DNA of 64,000 nucleotides from a virus (lineage: Duplodnaviria > Caudoviricetes): IMG/VR virus record IMGVR_UViG_3300005403_000005, positions 26,308 through 90,307 of that record; one strand, given 5' to 3'. The position numbers and the translations under genes were made by a program. The notes under the pieces were generated by a model. That model saw nothing but the letters and a program-made list of their open reading frames with translations, did no database searches and was not told where the DNA came from. Shown in pieces: positions 10,528 through 20,855 of this stretch. The stretch's first letter is position 1. Every line of letters starts with the position of its first letter.

Positions 10528-12107
10528 AGAATTGTAAACCCCGGCTCATTTTTAATGAGTTCATACCTGCGCAAACTGTGTGCAAGGAGCTTTTGGTGAT
10601 GATTATCAATAAAATCTATGATTATGGCAAAATTCTCATCCTCCTTTCTTCTTATGGCCCTGCCAGTTCTCTGGAAGAGGGCTGGTGCTGATTTATTGCC
10701 TGCTGCCAATATTACAGCACCTATTTCCCCAACATCGATGCCTTCATCGAAAATTGAAGTCGTGATTATTACGTCGAGCTTCCCCTTCTCAAGCTGCTTC
10801 AGTGCTCTCTCACGTTCTGCATAAGAATTCTGACCGTCTACATAACTGGCGTTCACGCCCATATCATGAAGAACTCTTTCGATAATCTTGCCGTGCTTGA
10901 CCTCTTGAACGATGATGAGCGTCTTCTTCCCCATCTCGACCATCTTGAGTGCATTCGTGACTATCAACTTATTACGTGCCATATTCTTTACGATGCCATG
11001 CTCGTAAATATCTCTCCAGTGCGTAAGCTTCCGTTCAAGTGGGGTGTTTACTGGGATGAAGCGGAAGAAGGGGCGGGCAAGCACACCAGCGTCAATCAGC
11101 TCCTTTGCAGCCACGTTCGTAAGGATGTTCCCAGAGATGCCCTCAAGGTACATATCATCTTCGCAGTTTCCCTTCATAAAAGGAGTCGCAGTAAGCGCAA
11201 GGCGAAGCATAGCATTCTTGCAGGCAATTGCTGCTTCGTAAAATTGAGGTGAGCCTGAGCGATGCGCCTCATCTATGATAAGGAGCTGGAAGTTGGAGAG
11301 GAGCTCCTCAGTCGCCTTCTTGTCCTTCTTCATCATCGCCTGTATCGTCTGTACGGTCGCAATCGTGATGTTATTGGGAGAGAATTGGCCATTGCCAATG
11401 ATGCCAATCTGGTTGGCCATGTGCGGTAGCCGGTTGGCGAATCTTTTTGCAGTCTGGTAAAGGAGGTTTACACGATGAGTGAGAAAAATTGTGGGGACTG
11501 CTGCCTTCGCGGTTACAGCGATGGCAATTTCAGTCTTACCTGCTCCGGTGGCGAGTTTTGCAACTCCACGCCGCGCAGTGAAGAAGTCGATGATGGCACG
11601 CTCCTGATAGTCACGGAGGGTGATTCCCTTTAGCTGGGGAATATCCTTTGTAAACCAGTTGGCCATGACGCGTTGCTCGTCATAGCTGATTTCAAATGGC
11701 ACGCCATCCTTCCGGAGCGCATCTGCGACTCTGGGGAGGAAGCCTGAGAGAAAGCGACGATTCCGTGTGTCGTAGAATGACTTCGTGCCATCCCAATGCC
11801 GAAGCCTGGGATTCTGTTTGACGAGGCGCTTCTTGATGATGTCAAAGTTCTCCATCTTATAGGAGAGACAGTCATAAACTGTATGAAGCGCAGCCTCAGT
11901 GGGCTGGGACAGCATAGTGAAGACATTTCCGACAATCAGTTTTGTCATCTGGGAGCTCGTTTCCTTTCGGATGATTTCATCTGGGGAATTATACGGATGA
12001 GTTCTTCTCTGGAGCATTAGCGATAAATTATTTTTCTCTAATGAATCAGTCAACGCAGGGTCAAAGATGTTGTGAGCGGAGCGAACGCACATCGTCGACC
12101 CAAACAT
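10524..12107 (-). CDS. Superfamily 2 DExH helicase (UvsW/XPB-like); true start may be ATG 11948
   Basis: ATGAGKT, IIDEAH, ALTATP, FQRTGRAIR motifs. Confidence 0.9.
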   Translation of the reverse strand: MFGSTMCVRSAHNIFDPALTDSLEKNNLSLMLQRRTHPYNSPDEIIRKETSSQMTKLIVGNVFTMLSQPTEAALHTVYDCLSYKMENFDIIKKRLVKQNPRLRHWDGTKSFYDTRNRRFLSGFLPRVADALRKDGVPFEISYDEQRVMANWFTKDIPQLKGITLRDYQERAIIDFFTARRGVAKLATGAGKTEIAIAVTAKAAVPTIFLTHRVNLLYQTAKRFANRLPHMANQIGIIGNGQFSPNNITIATVQTIQAMMKKDKKATEELLSNFQLLIIDEAHRSGSPQFYEAAIACKNAMLRLALTATPFMKGNCEDDMYLEGISGNILTNVAAKELIDAGVLARPFFRFIPVNTPLERKLTHWRDIYEHGIVKNMARNKLIVTNALKMVEMGKKTLIIVQEVKHGKIIERVLHDMGVNASYVDGQNSYAERERALKQLEKGKLDVIITTSIFDEGIDVGEIGAVILAAGNKSAPALFQRTGRAIRRKEDENFAIIIDFIDNHHQKLLAHSLRRYELIKNEPGFTIL

Positions 12108-12501
12108 TTGAAATCGAGTAGCTCCGAAGGAGCTACGACTAATTTCAAATGTTTTACTATGTAGCTAGTCATAGCTGATAACTAGCTATTAATAGCTTTA
12201 TATAAGTCTTTATTCTAAAGACTTAAAAAACACTTCTAGCGCATGTGCGTATATGGCGCGTATATCACGTGCGCGTATATAGAGGGAATGAAACGAAAGC
12301 AAACAGTCCGATAACACTGGAGTGTTGTGCCGTTTTGTCACTCGCCAAGTGAGCTTCCCAGTCATCGGAATAGTCAGTCTCCAAATTTTCGATTTAAGCG
12401 ACTTTAACCATGAAGCAGTAGAGAGATGTGGCTTTAGTACGCGCAGTCGATTCTAGGGGCAATTCCGTTCGCAGGAGAATAGAATCTGAATCACTTTTCG
12501 C

Positions 12502-12530
12502 TTGACTTAATTAACCACTTAATGTAGAGT
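12502..12530 (+). promoter_or_regulatory. Sigma70-type promoter with conserved spacer motif
   Basis: TTGACT-17nt(TAATTAACCACTTAATG)-TAGAGT upstream of phoH. Confidence 0.65.
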
Positions 12531-12562
12531 AGCATTATTGCATCGGAAAAATGGAGGAATGA

Positions 12563-13888
12563 ATGTCAAACGCTTCTAAAACCGGAATCAAAAACTTCAT
12601 TATCGACACGAATGTACTGCTCCATGACCCAGACTGCATATTCAAGTTTGAAGAACACAACGTAATCATTCCGATGGTGGTGCTTGAGGAGCTTGACCAC
12701 TTCAAGAGCGAAAAGAGCGAGATTGGCGCAAATGCGCGTCACGTGGCGCACACGCTCGACAGACTCAGGGAGAAGAGCTATCTGGGTGACGGAGTGGATA
12801 TCAACGGCGCTGGTCGTCTGATGGTGTGGGCAAAGCCCGTGCCACCAATACAATCACTCGACATGGACAAAAATGACAACACCATTCTCGCCATTGCAGC
12901 CTATCACAGCGAGCAGTATGGCGAGACATTCCTTGTCACGAAGGATGTGAATCTTCGGGTGAAGGCTGATGCGCTGGGCATCCCAGCAGAGGATTACCGC
13001 GCTGACGCAACTGATGTCAGCGGAGTGGGCGATATCGAAGAGGTCTTTGTCGATGAATCCCTCATCGATGAGGTCTACAAGAGCAAATCGGTGAAGCATG
13101 AGCTCGCAGTTGATGGGCGATGCTACGTGCTGAAGTCTCATGAGGGTCAGAAGTCAGCGCTTGTCAGGAGTATCGATGGTGAGCTTCGCGTTATCTCCCC
13201 CAAGTGCGTCGTGTCAGGAATCAAGCCGCGCAACCATGAGCAGCGGTTTCTTGCCGAGATGCTTCTCGATGACTCCCTCGATATGGTCGTATGCGCTGGC
13301 GTAGCGGGAAGCGGGAAGACGCTACTGAGTATCGCGGCTGCGATAGCTGGTGTCGAGTGTGGCAAGTTCGATAAAGTCATCATTACAAAGTCAATCCAGC
13401 CCGTAGGAGCTGATATCGGCTTCGTGAAGGGCTCCAAGAAGGAGAAGATGGCTGAGTGGGTGAAACCCTTCTACGACAACCTTGAATTCGTCTATCACAC
13501 GATGAAGAAGAAGGGCAAGAGCATCCCAGCTTTCGGGGGAGGGAGTAATGCGCCGATAGGAGCGGAAGACCCCTTTGAGGATATCATCGAAATCGAGGCA
13601 ATCACCTATCTCAGGGGGCGCTCCCTGATGAATCGCTACGTCATCATCGATGAGGTCCAGAATCTCACGCCGAAAATAATGAAGACGATTGTAAGCCGCG
13701 TTGCCGATTCTGCGAAGCTCATTGTCCTCGGCGACCTTCAGCAAATCGATAATCCATATCTTGACGCAAAGAACAATGGGCTCGCGTACATCATGGCACG
13801 CGCAAAAGGGGAGCGGAACATTGGCGTACTCAATCTCAGGAAGTCTGAAAGGGGTCGGCTTGCGAGCTTCGCAATCGACAAACTGTAG
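12563..13888 (+). CDS. phoH: PhoH-family ATPase with N-terminal PIN domain
   Basis: FIIDTNVLLHDP PIN motif; GVAGSGKT; IIDEVQNLT; GDLQQID. Confidence 0.9.
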   Translation: MSNASKTGIKNFIIDTNVLLHDPDCIFKFEEHNVIIPMVVLEELDHFKSEKSEIGANARHVAHTLDRLREKSYLGDGVDINGAGRLMVWAKPVPPIQSLDMDKNDNTILAIAAYHSEQYGETFLVTKDVNLRVKADALGIPAEDYRADATDVSGVGDIEEVFVDESLIDEVYKSKSVKHELAVDGRCYVLKSHEGQKSALVRSIDGELRVISPKCVVSGIKPRNHEQRFLAEMLLDDSLDMVVCAGVAGSGKTLLSIAAAIAGVECGKFDKVIITKSIQPVGADIGFVKGSKKEKMAEWVKPFYDNLEFVYHTMKKKGKSIPAFGGGSNAPIGAEDPFEDIIEIEAITYLRGRSLMNRYVIIDEVQNLTPKIMKTIVSRVADSAKLIVLGDLQQIDNPYLDAKNNGLAYIMARAKGERNIGVLNLRKSERGRLASFAIDKL

Positions 13889-14455
13889 ATGGCGCAATTG
13901 AGCGAAAGAGAGTTGATGTCGCGGAAGTGGTGGGATTATCGCATTGTCACGCCCGATGTGGCGACAATGATGTTTATTGCGGAATATGCGCGGCAGTTCC
14001 GCGAGTATCTTGAGTATCTCGGCGAGAGTCGTCACGTGAACATACTGAAGGGCTTCGATATCGAAGCCCCTCATCAGTGGCACAACTGGGTGATGTCGAG
14101 CAATACGAGAAGATGGTGTGATGAACGGATGATTCGCTATGGGGATTACTGGAAGTATGCCATCGAAACACATGAGCGGAAGCGGAGGTGCAAGGCTCTC
14201 TACTCCATCATGTGCAGTTCAAAGATGAAGGATGAGGTTGAGTGGCGCATTTCGCAAATGGAGGAGGTTCCGTTCGCGGAGCATCCCGTATTCAAGGCTG
14301 AGAATTATTCCGGCTGTGCGCTTCAAGTTTGTTACTTCAAGTACCTCATGGCCAGGATTCGCAAGAAGTATGGCGACAATGAGCTAATCACAATAAGGAG
14401 GTTGGTTGATAATGGAGTCATCCCAGTCAAATTCTTCACGCTATCGCATAGATAG
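13889..14455 (+). CDS. Hypothetical protein
   Basis: ATG abuts phoH stop; operon continuity. Confidence 0.6.
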   Translation: MAQLSERELMSRKWWDYRIVTPDVATMMFIAEYARQFREYLEYLGESRHVNILKGFDIEAPHQWHNWVMSSNTRRWCDERMIRYGDYWKYAIETHERKRRCKALYSIMCSSKMKDEVEWRISQMEEVPFAEHPVFKAENYSGCALQVCYFKYLMARIRKKYGDNELITIRRLVDNGVIPVKFFTLSHR

Positions 14456-14780
14456 GAGCAGTGGCGTGAAGGCTGCGGAGGAGTATCTTAGGCGAAAGTA
14501 TGTTGAGCGTGAGGGGGCTCGCCTTATCGCACGTCATGTAGAGATGATGACGGGAGGGATGTGGAAGATGTTCCTCTTTGGTGCAGTGGCATCCTTCCTC
14601 TTCTGTATCTCAAGCAGGGCGCTTCTTGCATCTCTTGGCGATGTGCTGGGGATTGGACCCACAACATACGGGGCGTACGCCACACTCCTGTTGTTTTTTG
14701 CTTCAGTGGTTGTTGGAAGAAAGGTTATTCAGGCAGAAGAGAGCGTCAGTATTGTTGTTGAGGAGGGCGAGGATGAGTAG
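14406..14780 (+). CDS. Hypothetical membrane protein
   Basis: Two hydrophobic segments; start uncertain. Confidence 0.45.
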   Translation: MIMESSQSNSSRYRIDRSSGVKAAEEYLRRKYVEREGARLIARHVEMMTGGMWKMFLFGAVASFLFCISSRALLASLGDVLGIGPTTYGAYATLLLFFASVVVGRKVIQAEESVSIVVEEGEDE

Positions 14781-16107
14781 TAGCTGCTCTGGGCAGCAGG
14801 AAGAAAAGCCTGCGATTATCTCGGAACAAAAAGTCCTTGCCTGCATGATGCGGAGTAGGGATTTTTGCTCTGTAGCAGCGACTCACCTCAAGCCATCATA
14901 TTTCGAGAATCCCATCAGGCACAATCTTGCCAAGATTTCAGCAGACTACTACAAACTGTACGGAAGTCCTATAACTCTCGCAGCAGTGACAAGCGAGCTG
15001 TCAAAGCTCGTAAAATCAGGGAAGGTCAATGCAGCGGATGTCCCAGTCTACGCTGGGGAGATGAAGGATGTCTATGCCTCTGACATCTCAGATGCGCAAT
15101 ACGTTCTCAAGGAGCTCGTAACTTTCATCAAGCGCGCAGAGTGGCGCAAGCTGATAGAAGAGGCCGTCAAGAGTTATTTCCCCAAAGGGAAGTTTACGGA
15201 GATAGAGAAGGTTGCATCCGAGATAGCCGCCATCAGCACCTCTTCGCAAGTGGAGCCGATGGACTATTACTCCGACGCCGCAATCGTGGAGAGGACGAAG
15301 CGGAGGGAGGAGGAAGCGCTCAGGCCAACGATAGGTATATCGACCGGCATCAAACGGATGGATGATACGCTGGCAAAGGGTGGTTGGTATCCAAAGGAGC
15401 TCTACGTCATCCTTGCGCCCCCGAAGCGCGGGAAGACGATGAGCATGCTCTACTGGGCGAATGTCGCTACGTGGGCTGGGTTCAATGTGGCGTATTTCTC
15501 CTGTGAGGTTTCCAAGGAGGTTATTGCAGACCGCCTCGATGCTTGCAATACCGAGACTGAGATAAAGCAACTTCAGCTTCTGGCCAATATCAAGCTCATC
15601 GAGTCAGCACTCAAGTCGAAGAAGCCGACTGGAAAGCTTTTCGTCTACGAGTATCCGACGAAAGTGCTGACGAGTGGCGAGATTGAGCGGCAACTGAAGA
15701 TTGCGGAATCCAAGGGTGTGCGGATAGACATCATCTTTGTGGATTACGGGGATATTATGCGCCCTATGCGCCACTATGACAATCCGCTGAAGGAGGAAGC
15801 CTCGATATTCGAGGAGCTTCGTGGCATCGCTGGAAAATTCGTCATCCCAGTCGTAACTGCCACTCAGGTCAATCGCGAAGGCTCGGACAAGGAAATCATC
15901 AGGGGGAAGAATGTATCGGGAACGTGGGAGAAGATAATGGTTGCCGATTACATCATCTCGCTCTCTGCGACTGAAGCTGAACTGAAGGATAACATCATGA
16001 AGGTTCACTTTGCGGAGTGCCGCAATACACCAAGCAGGACGCTTAAAATTAAGACCGCCTATGGATTGGGGAAATTCTATAAAGAGTACATCGGGGAGGT
16101 TGTGTAA
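14773..16107 (+). CDS. dnaB: Replicative DnaB-like (SF4) helicase
   Basis: APPKRGKT Walker A, IFVDYGD, VVTATQVNR; GGAGG RBS before ATG 14773. Confidence 0.85.
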   Translation: MSSSCSGQQEEKPAIISEQKVLACMMRSRDFCSVAATHLKPSYFENPIRHNLAKISADYYKLYGSPITLAAVTSELSKLVKSGKVNAADVPVYAGEMKDVYASDISDAQYVLKELVTFIKRAEWRKLIEEAVKSYFPKGKFTEIEKVASEIAAISTSSQVEPMDYYSDAAIVERTKRREEEALRPTIGISTGIKRMDDTLAKGGWYPKELYVILAPPKRGKTMSMLYWANVATWAGFNVAYFSCEVSKEVIADRLDACNTETEIKQLQLLANIKLIESALKSKKPTGKLFVYEYPTKVLTSGEIERQLKIAESKGVRIDIIFVDYGDIMRPMRHYDNPLKEEASIFEELRGIAGKFVIPVVTATQVNREGSDKEIIRGKNVSGTWEKIMVADYIISLSATEAELKDNIMKVHFAECRNTPSRTLKIKTAYGLGKFYKEYIGEVV

Positions 16108-16134
16108 TGGTACATCGGGGAGGTTGTGTAATGG
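16086..16134 (+). repeat. 24-nt tandem duplication across a stop/RBS/start junction
   Basis: GTACATCGGGGAGGTTGTGTAATG x2. Confidence 0.95.
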
Positions 16135-16367
16135 AGTTTTTAGATGAAATTCCGAAGCACAAGAAGAGGTCGAAGAAGCGGAAGCGTCCATATCTTATCC
16201 TCTTCAGGTCAAGATTATTCTCCGATGATGCGAGATTCGACGAGTTTCGTGTCTGGAAGCGGTATGAGGATGGAGATGTCAGGGATACGGCATTTGATTT
16301 ACTTCAGCATAAGTTCGGAAGATTCTCCAACTCTATGGAGTTCGTGAAGCAAGATGAAGAACAATAA
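16107..16367 (+). CDS. Hypothetical protein
   Basis: TAATG coupling; alternative start 16131. Confidence 0.55.
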   Translation: MVHRGGCVMEFLDEIPKHKKRSKKRKRPYLILFRSRLFSDDARFDEFRVWKRYEDGDVRDTAFDLLQHKFGRFSNSMEFVKQDEEQ

Positions 16368-16385
16368 TGAAGGGAGAGGAGAGTT

Positions 16386-16907
16386 ATGCGCAGTAATGTG
16401 AATGTGGTGGAGCGAGAGGTTCTCAATGGGATGGTAGCTCCGGAGCTCAGGGTGAAGGAGGCGAGGATTCTTGCATCGCAGGAAGTTTCTACACAGAAAG
16501 TTGTCTATATTAATAGGGAGTCGGAGAAGGTTGAGTCAACAATGACTTCTGCACCCATGATTCCGATGCGTGATGAAGTCCGTATCGTCGAGCGTGAGGA
16601 GCCTATCCCAGCAGATGCGAAGAAGAAGTTCAAGCTCATCCAGCCTTCCAAGTGGAATAGGGCAGCGTGGTTGAGGGGCGTGAAGCGTGGCGATATCATC
16701 GCTATCCGGAGCTGGTCGCTGGGGCCGCTCGAAAGCGTAATTGTTGTGTCATACTGCACTCCCACGATGGTTGTGTCGATTTGTGGTAAGAAGTTCGACA
16801 AAAATGATGGCATCTCCAATGATGGCAAGCGTCTGATGCTCTATCCGCTGAATGATAAGTCGAGGTATCTCCTTGTCAGAAAAGTGAGGAAGGCTCATGG
16901 ACTGTAA
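16386..16907 (+). CDS. Hypothetical protein
   Basis: GGAGAG RBS; operon continuity. Confidence 0.55.
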   Translation: MRSNVNVVEREVLNGMVAPELRVKEARILASQEVSTQKVVYINRESEKVESTMTSAPMIPMRDEVRIVEREEPIPADAKKKFKLIQPSKWNRAAWLRGVKRGDIIAIRSWSLGPLESVIVVSYCTPTMVVSICGKKFDKNDGISNDGKRLMLYPLNDKSRYLLVRKVRKAHGL

Positions 16908-17166
16908 ATTTAAGGTCGGGGATTTGGTTCGCATCATTGAATTGCCACCAGGAGGACATACACAGTGCAGAGTTGGTGATGTCAGAGAAGTGAAGAAAAT
17001 CGAGCCACAGAATGGTGTTGGTTATAGGGTGTGGTTTTTTGGTCGCAATTGTGATGTTTGGTTTCGCGAATCAAGACTTGAGAAAGTCATGGAGGAGCCA
17101 GAGGAACTAGAGGAACTCCCGAAGCTATCCGAATATCGCAAAGATGCCAAGTGGAGATTGTCGTGA
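16897..17166 (+). CDS. Small KOW/SH3-like protein with C-terminal AKWRL tag
   Basis: FKVGDLVRII...; ends YRKDAKWRLS. Confidence 0.6.
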   Translation: MDCKFKVGDLVRIIELPPGGHTQCRVGDVREVKKIEPQNGVGYRVWFFGRNCDVWFRESRLEKVMEEPEELEELPKLSEYRKDAKWRLS

Positions 17167-18122
17167 GTGTCGATATGGATGCCTTCCGTGACTACCTTGA
17201 GGAATTCTTTTCGGTAGTCGAAGTTTCCGGCTCTACGCAATGGAAGCTTGAGGGTGGGGAATGTCCCTTCTGCGGCGAGAGCAGGACTGACCTTCGCCTC
17301 TATGTGAATTCCTCGACCGGGGTTGGCGTTTGCCATCACTGTAGCAAGGGATTCACTGCCGTTTCATTCATCATGGCAAATGAGGGCTGCTCCCACAAGA
17401 AGGCTGTCGGCATCCTTAATGGCCATGAGGATGGTTGGGCGACGGAGAGGCCGGAGGAAAAGGTTGTAGAGTCTGGTCTGATTTCTCCCAAATGTGTTTC
17501 GGCGCTTGACTCCCGCCAAGCACTCGACTATCTGATGAGTCGTGGCATTGGTGAGGTCGAAATCAAACACTTCCGCCTCCTTTGGGCAACAGAAAATGTT
17601 GTGATAAATGGCAAGACATACTGGACTGCAAAGCGGATAGTCATCCCCATCTTCGACTCCTCTTGTGTGATGGTTTCGTGGCAGGCTAGGGATACGACTG
17701 GGACATCTAGCCAGAAGTATCTCTTCCCGCCCGGATTCAAGGGGAGAGAGTATGTCTACAATATCTGCGGAATCCCAGATGACCCGGATTACTTGATAGT
17801 CTCCGAGGGTGTATTCGATGTTTTCGGCTGGTGGCGAAGTGGCTTCCGTAATGTCGTGGCTACATTCGGCAAGAAGATGACCGAAGAGCAGGCGCTCTTG
17901 ATACGCTCCAAGCGTCCGAAGATTCTTCTAGTTGCATGGGATACGGATGCGACGTGGAATAAGTATGAATTGGTTGAGAAGATAGGCTGCCACTTCCAAG
18001 ACGTAAGGATAATAGATTTGAAGGGGAGGGATGCTGACGAATTAAGGCGGGATGCCCTTCTTGAATCATTCAAGCAGGCATCCCGCTATAGTTGGGAAGA
18101 TAAGATTCTCTCGGCACTGTGA
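17151..18122 (+). CDS. DNA primase (Zn finger + TOPRIM)
   Basis: CPFC...CHHC; IVSEGVFD; AWDTD; DADE. Confidence 0.9.
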   Translation: MEIVVSVDMDAFRDYLEEFFSVVEVSGSTQWKLEGGECPFCGESRTDLRLYVNSSTGVGVCHHCSKGFTAVSFIMANEGCSHKKAVGILNGHEDGWATERPEEKVVESGLISPKCVSALDSRQALDYLMSRGIGEVEIKHFRLLWATENVVINGKTYWTAKRIVIPIFDSSCVMVSWQARDTTGTSSQKYLFPPGFKGREYVYNICGIPDDPDYLIVSEGVFDVFGWWRSGFRNVVATFGKKMTEEQALLIRSKRPKILLVAWDTDATWNKYELVEKIGCHFQDVRIIDLKGRDADELRRDALLESFKQASRYSWEDKILSAL

Positions 18123-18597
18123 TTATGCGTCGAGCGATAGTCTAATCTTGTCATAGATTTCACTTATCTCCTCATCTGGTGATTTTAGCGCATCCTTGAA
18201 CACTCTGGGTATTTCAGTCGCAAGAGAAAGAAACGCATCAAATGCGTCTTTGTGCATGACTCTGAGTATCACCAAGGCAAAATCTTTGCTAAAGCCATAC
18301 ACACTGACAAAATCAGATACGCGGTTGATGGGAATCTTGGACTTGCCAGCCTCAATCATAGAGATGAAGTTGAGGTTTGCATATCCAAGTCTCTTAGTGA
18401 CATCCCTTGACTAAAGCCGATTGCTTTTCTTTGTGTAAAAAGCAGTCTTCCAAGTTCCACAACTGTAATGTAATGGTTTCGATGTTTGTACCTTTGAGGC
18501 TTTTGATGCTCATAATATTTTCTCCGATTTTTGCATTAATGTCGTTAGTAATTGTGGCATTCGGAAGCCGCGCATTTCTTTGAGCAACTGCTTCCAT
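18123..18597 (-). pseudogene. XRE/Cro-CI-family HTH repressor, doubly frameshifted
   Basis: Removing a 5-nt duplication (18464-18475) and restoring 1 nt near 18407 gives ...ETITVVELGRLLFTQRKAIGFSQRDVTKRLGYANLNFISMIEAGKSKIP..., a typical XRE HTH; AGGAGG RBS before ATG 18597; AT-rich and divergent from the VWA gene. Confidence 0.75.
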
Positions 18598-18810
18598 GTT
18601 GAATTACCTCCTATTGGTTTAATTATCTGCTTAATGTAACCTTATACCAATTGTTTTTCCAATGTCAATAAACTTTTGTACCCGTGAATAAAAAAAAGTG
18701 CCTCATTGTAATGAGGCAATCTGCTTACAAATCTAAGGGTTTAATATTAATTGACTTTTGATGACATTTCAAGTATCTTATTAATAGAAATGATGAAGAA
18801 AGGAGGGTTT

Positions 18811-20772
18811 ATGAGCAATAAAGGGATGGGTGTGCTTGAAAAGGTCAGTCGAGCTATTGCGGCTGATTACGGAATTACAGTCACTTTTAGTGGCACGGCA
18901 GCTTATACGGATTGTCGTCACATCAATCTTCCGATGGTTCCTGATGAGATGTTGAATGAGGAATCCATCGACATGCTTCGCGGATACTGCGACCACGAGA
19001 TTGCGCACGTTCTGTTTAGCGATGCAAACATCATAAAGGAGCCGTGGTTCAATGCGCTTCCCGATGATGTGGTTCTTCTCACTGGGATTTTTGAGGATAT
19101 TCGCGTCGAGCACCTGATGTCAAACAAGTATGAAGGTTCTCGCGTGAACATGAATCGACTCACGGACATTCTTGCGAAGAAGACTGATAAGGAGCATCCC
19201 TTCGGCGCACTTCTACTTGAGGGTCGGAGGCAGTGTAACGGATATATCCTCGAAGACGTAGATGATTATGCAGGGAAGTTGAAGACTTTCTTCAATGAGC
19301 CAAGGCTGTTTGAGCGTATCTCGGCGCTCAAGAGTAGTCATGAGTCATGCGACCTTGCGCAGGAGCTTCTGAAGAAGCAGCAACAGCAGCAACAGCAGCA
19401 ACAGCAGCAACAGCAGCAACAGCAGCAACAGCAGCAACAGCAGCAAGGGGAGAAGCCTGAGAAGCCTGAGAAGCCTGAGAAGCCTGAGAAGCCTGAGAAG
19501 CCTGAGAAGCCTGAGAAGCCTGAGAAGCCTGAGAAGCCTGAGAATGACGAGGATGGGGAAGATGAGGGTGATAGCAGCGACGGAAAGGAGAAGGGGGATA
19601 AGGGCAAAAAGTGTGGCTCGGGCGATGGGAAGGATGGGGGCGAGGATGATGGGGCATCAGATAATGATGGGGCATCAGATAATGCTGGCTCTCCCAGTGA
19701 GAAATCATCAGTCACGGATGAGAATGGTGGTGAGTGTGGCGGAAATGTCAATGCTACGGGGAAATCGGTAGATATTGGCGATTGGTACGCAAAGGATTCG
19801 GGCGATTTTGATGACCCCATGAAGGCTGCTATGGATGAGTTTCTTGAGCAGAATAGTTCCACCATTTCTGGTCGCGACACTTACATTCCCTTCTCCAAGA
19901 ACTTCGACAAATTCGAGACAATTGAGGAAGCATCTGATACCACACAATATGGACGCCTCCTTGAGCGACTGGGGAATTTTTCCGGCGTAAAGCAGAAGAT
20001 AGCCACGATGTTCGCAACAAGGGTTGCAGGACACTGGATTCTCGGAAAAGACCAGGGACGCATCAATAATAGGGCTCTTGCTGGCGTGATTGCTGGGAGG
20101 AAGGATGTCTTCAAGGAGCGCTACGTCTGCAATGATGTCGATACTGCGATTACGTTCCTCATCGACCTCTCTGGTTCGATGTCTGGTGGCTACAAGATAG
20201 AGACTGCTATGGCTACAGCAGCAATGTTCTGCGAGATTCTCAATGCCACGCGCGTCAAGTTTGAGATTCTCGGTTTTACGTCTACTACGCCAACGATTGC
20301 AAGTAGGGCAGCATTGGAAAAATCATACAAACATGGCGGGAAGGAAGCAGGCTACTTTAATCGTTATGAACCCCTCTATACGTGCGTGTTCAAGGCATTC
20401 GAGGAGCCGATGGGAGCTAAGATTAAGAGAAGGCTGTCTAGCTGGAATAAAATCCAAAAGCGCAACAATTACGATGGCGAGAGTTTAATGATTGCCTTCA
20501 ATAGAATCATCCGGCGCAAAGAGTCGCGCAAAATCATCTTCGTCCTCTCCGATGGCGCTCCCTGCGGCGATTCCTGCGCTCGCAGGAGTGACGGGGGCGC
20601 TTATCTCAAGAAGGTCTGCGAATCAATCGAGGCTACTCCGGTGGAGCTGATTGGCATCGGCTTCATGTCACGCGTGGTAAGGAAATTCTACAAGAACCAT
20701 ATCCTAGTCGATAATGCGCGGGAGCTTCCGGAAAAGATGTTGAAGGAGTTGAAGCGGATACTCCATGTCTAA
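18811..20772 (+). CDS. VWA-domain protein (CobT-like) with N-terminal HExxH segment and low-complexity linker
   Basis: DHEIAH; FLIDLSGSM MIDAS; FVLSDGAP. Confidence 0.85.
   Translation: MSNKGMGVLEKVSRAIAADYGITVTFSGTAAYTDCRHINLPMVPDEMLNEESIDMLRGYCDHEIAHVLFSDANIIKEPWFNALPDDVVLLTGIFEDIRVEHLMSNKYEGSRVNMNRLTDILAKKTDKEHPFGALLLEGRRQCNGYILEDVDDYAGKLKTFFNEPRLFERISALKSSHESCDLAQELLKKQQQQQQQQQQQQQQQQQQQQQQQGEKPEKPEKPEKPEKPEKPEKPEKPEKPEKPENDEDGEDEGDSSDGKEKGDKGKKCGSGDGKDGGEDDGASDNDGASDNAGSPSEKSSVTDENGGECGGNVNATGKSVDIGDWYAKDSGDFDDPMKAAMDEFLEQNSSTISGRDTYIPFSKNFDKFETIEEASDTTQYGRLLERLGNFSGVKQKIATMFATRVAGHWILGKDQGRINNRALAGVIAGRKDVFKERYVCNDVDTAITFLIDLSGSMSGGYKIETAMATAAMFCEILNATRVKFEILGFTSTTPTIASRAALEKSYKHGGKEAGYFNRYEPLYTCVFKAFEEPMGAKIKRRLSSWNKIQKRNNYDGESLMIAFNRIIRRKESRKIIFVLSDGAPCGDSCARRSDGGAYLKKVCESIEATPVELIGIGFMSRVVRKFYKNHILVDNARELPEKMLKELKRILHV
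19378..19539 (+). repeat. In-frame 9-nt microsatellites: CAG-CAG-CAA array (23 Gln) then GAGAAGCCT x10 (EKP)
   Basis: Read directly from sequence; an 18-nt duplication (DGASDN x2) also occurs at 19648-19683. Confidence 0.95.
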
Positions 20773-20798
20773 ATGCTGGAAATCAAGTCATATACTCA

Positions 20799-20827
20799 TT
20801 GACTTAATCAACTACTTAATGTATAGT
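20799..20827 (+). promoter_or_regulatory. Sigma70-type promoter with conserved spacer motif
   Basis: TTGACT-TAATCAACTACTTAATG-TATAGT. Confidence 0.75.
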
Positions 20828-20855
20828 AGTGAAAAATCACGCGAAAGGGGGAATC

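Noticed and set aside
18699-18718. TGCCTCAT-N4-ATGAGGCA as the repressor operator
   Set aside because: Single copy, adjacent to an A8 run, so better explained as a minus-strand terminator hairpin; the multi-copy AAGT-N4-ACTT motif is the better operator candidate.
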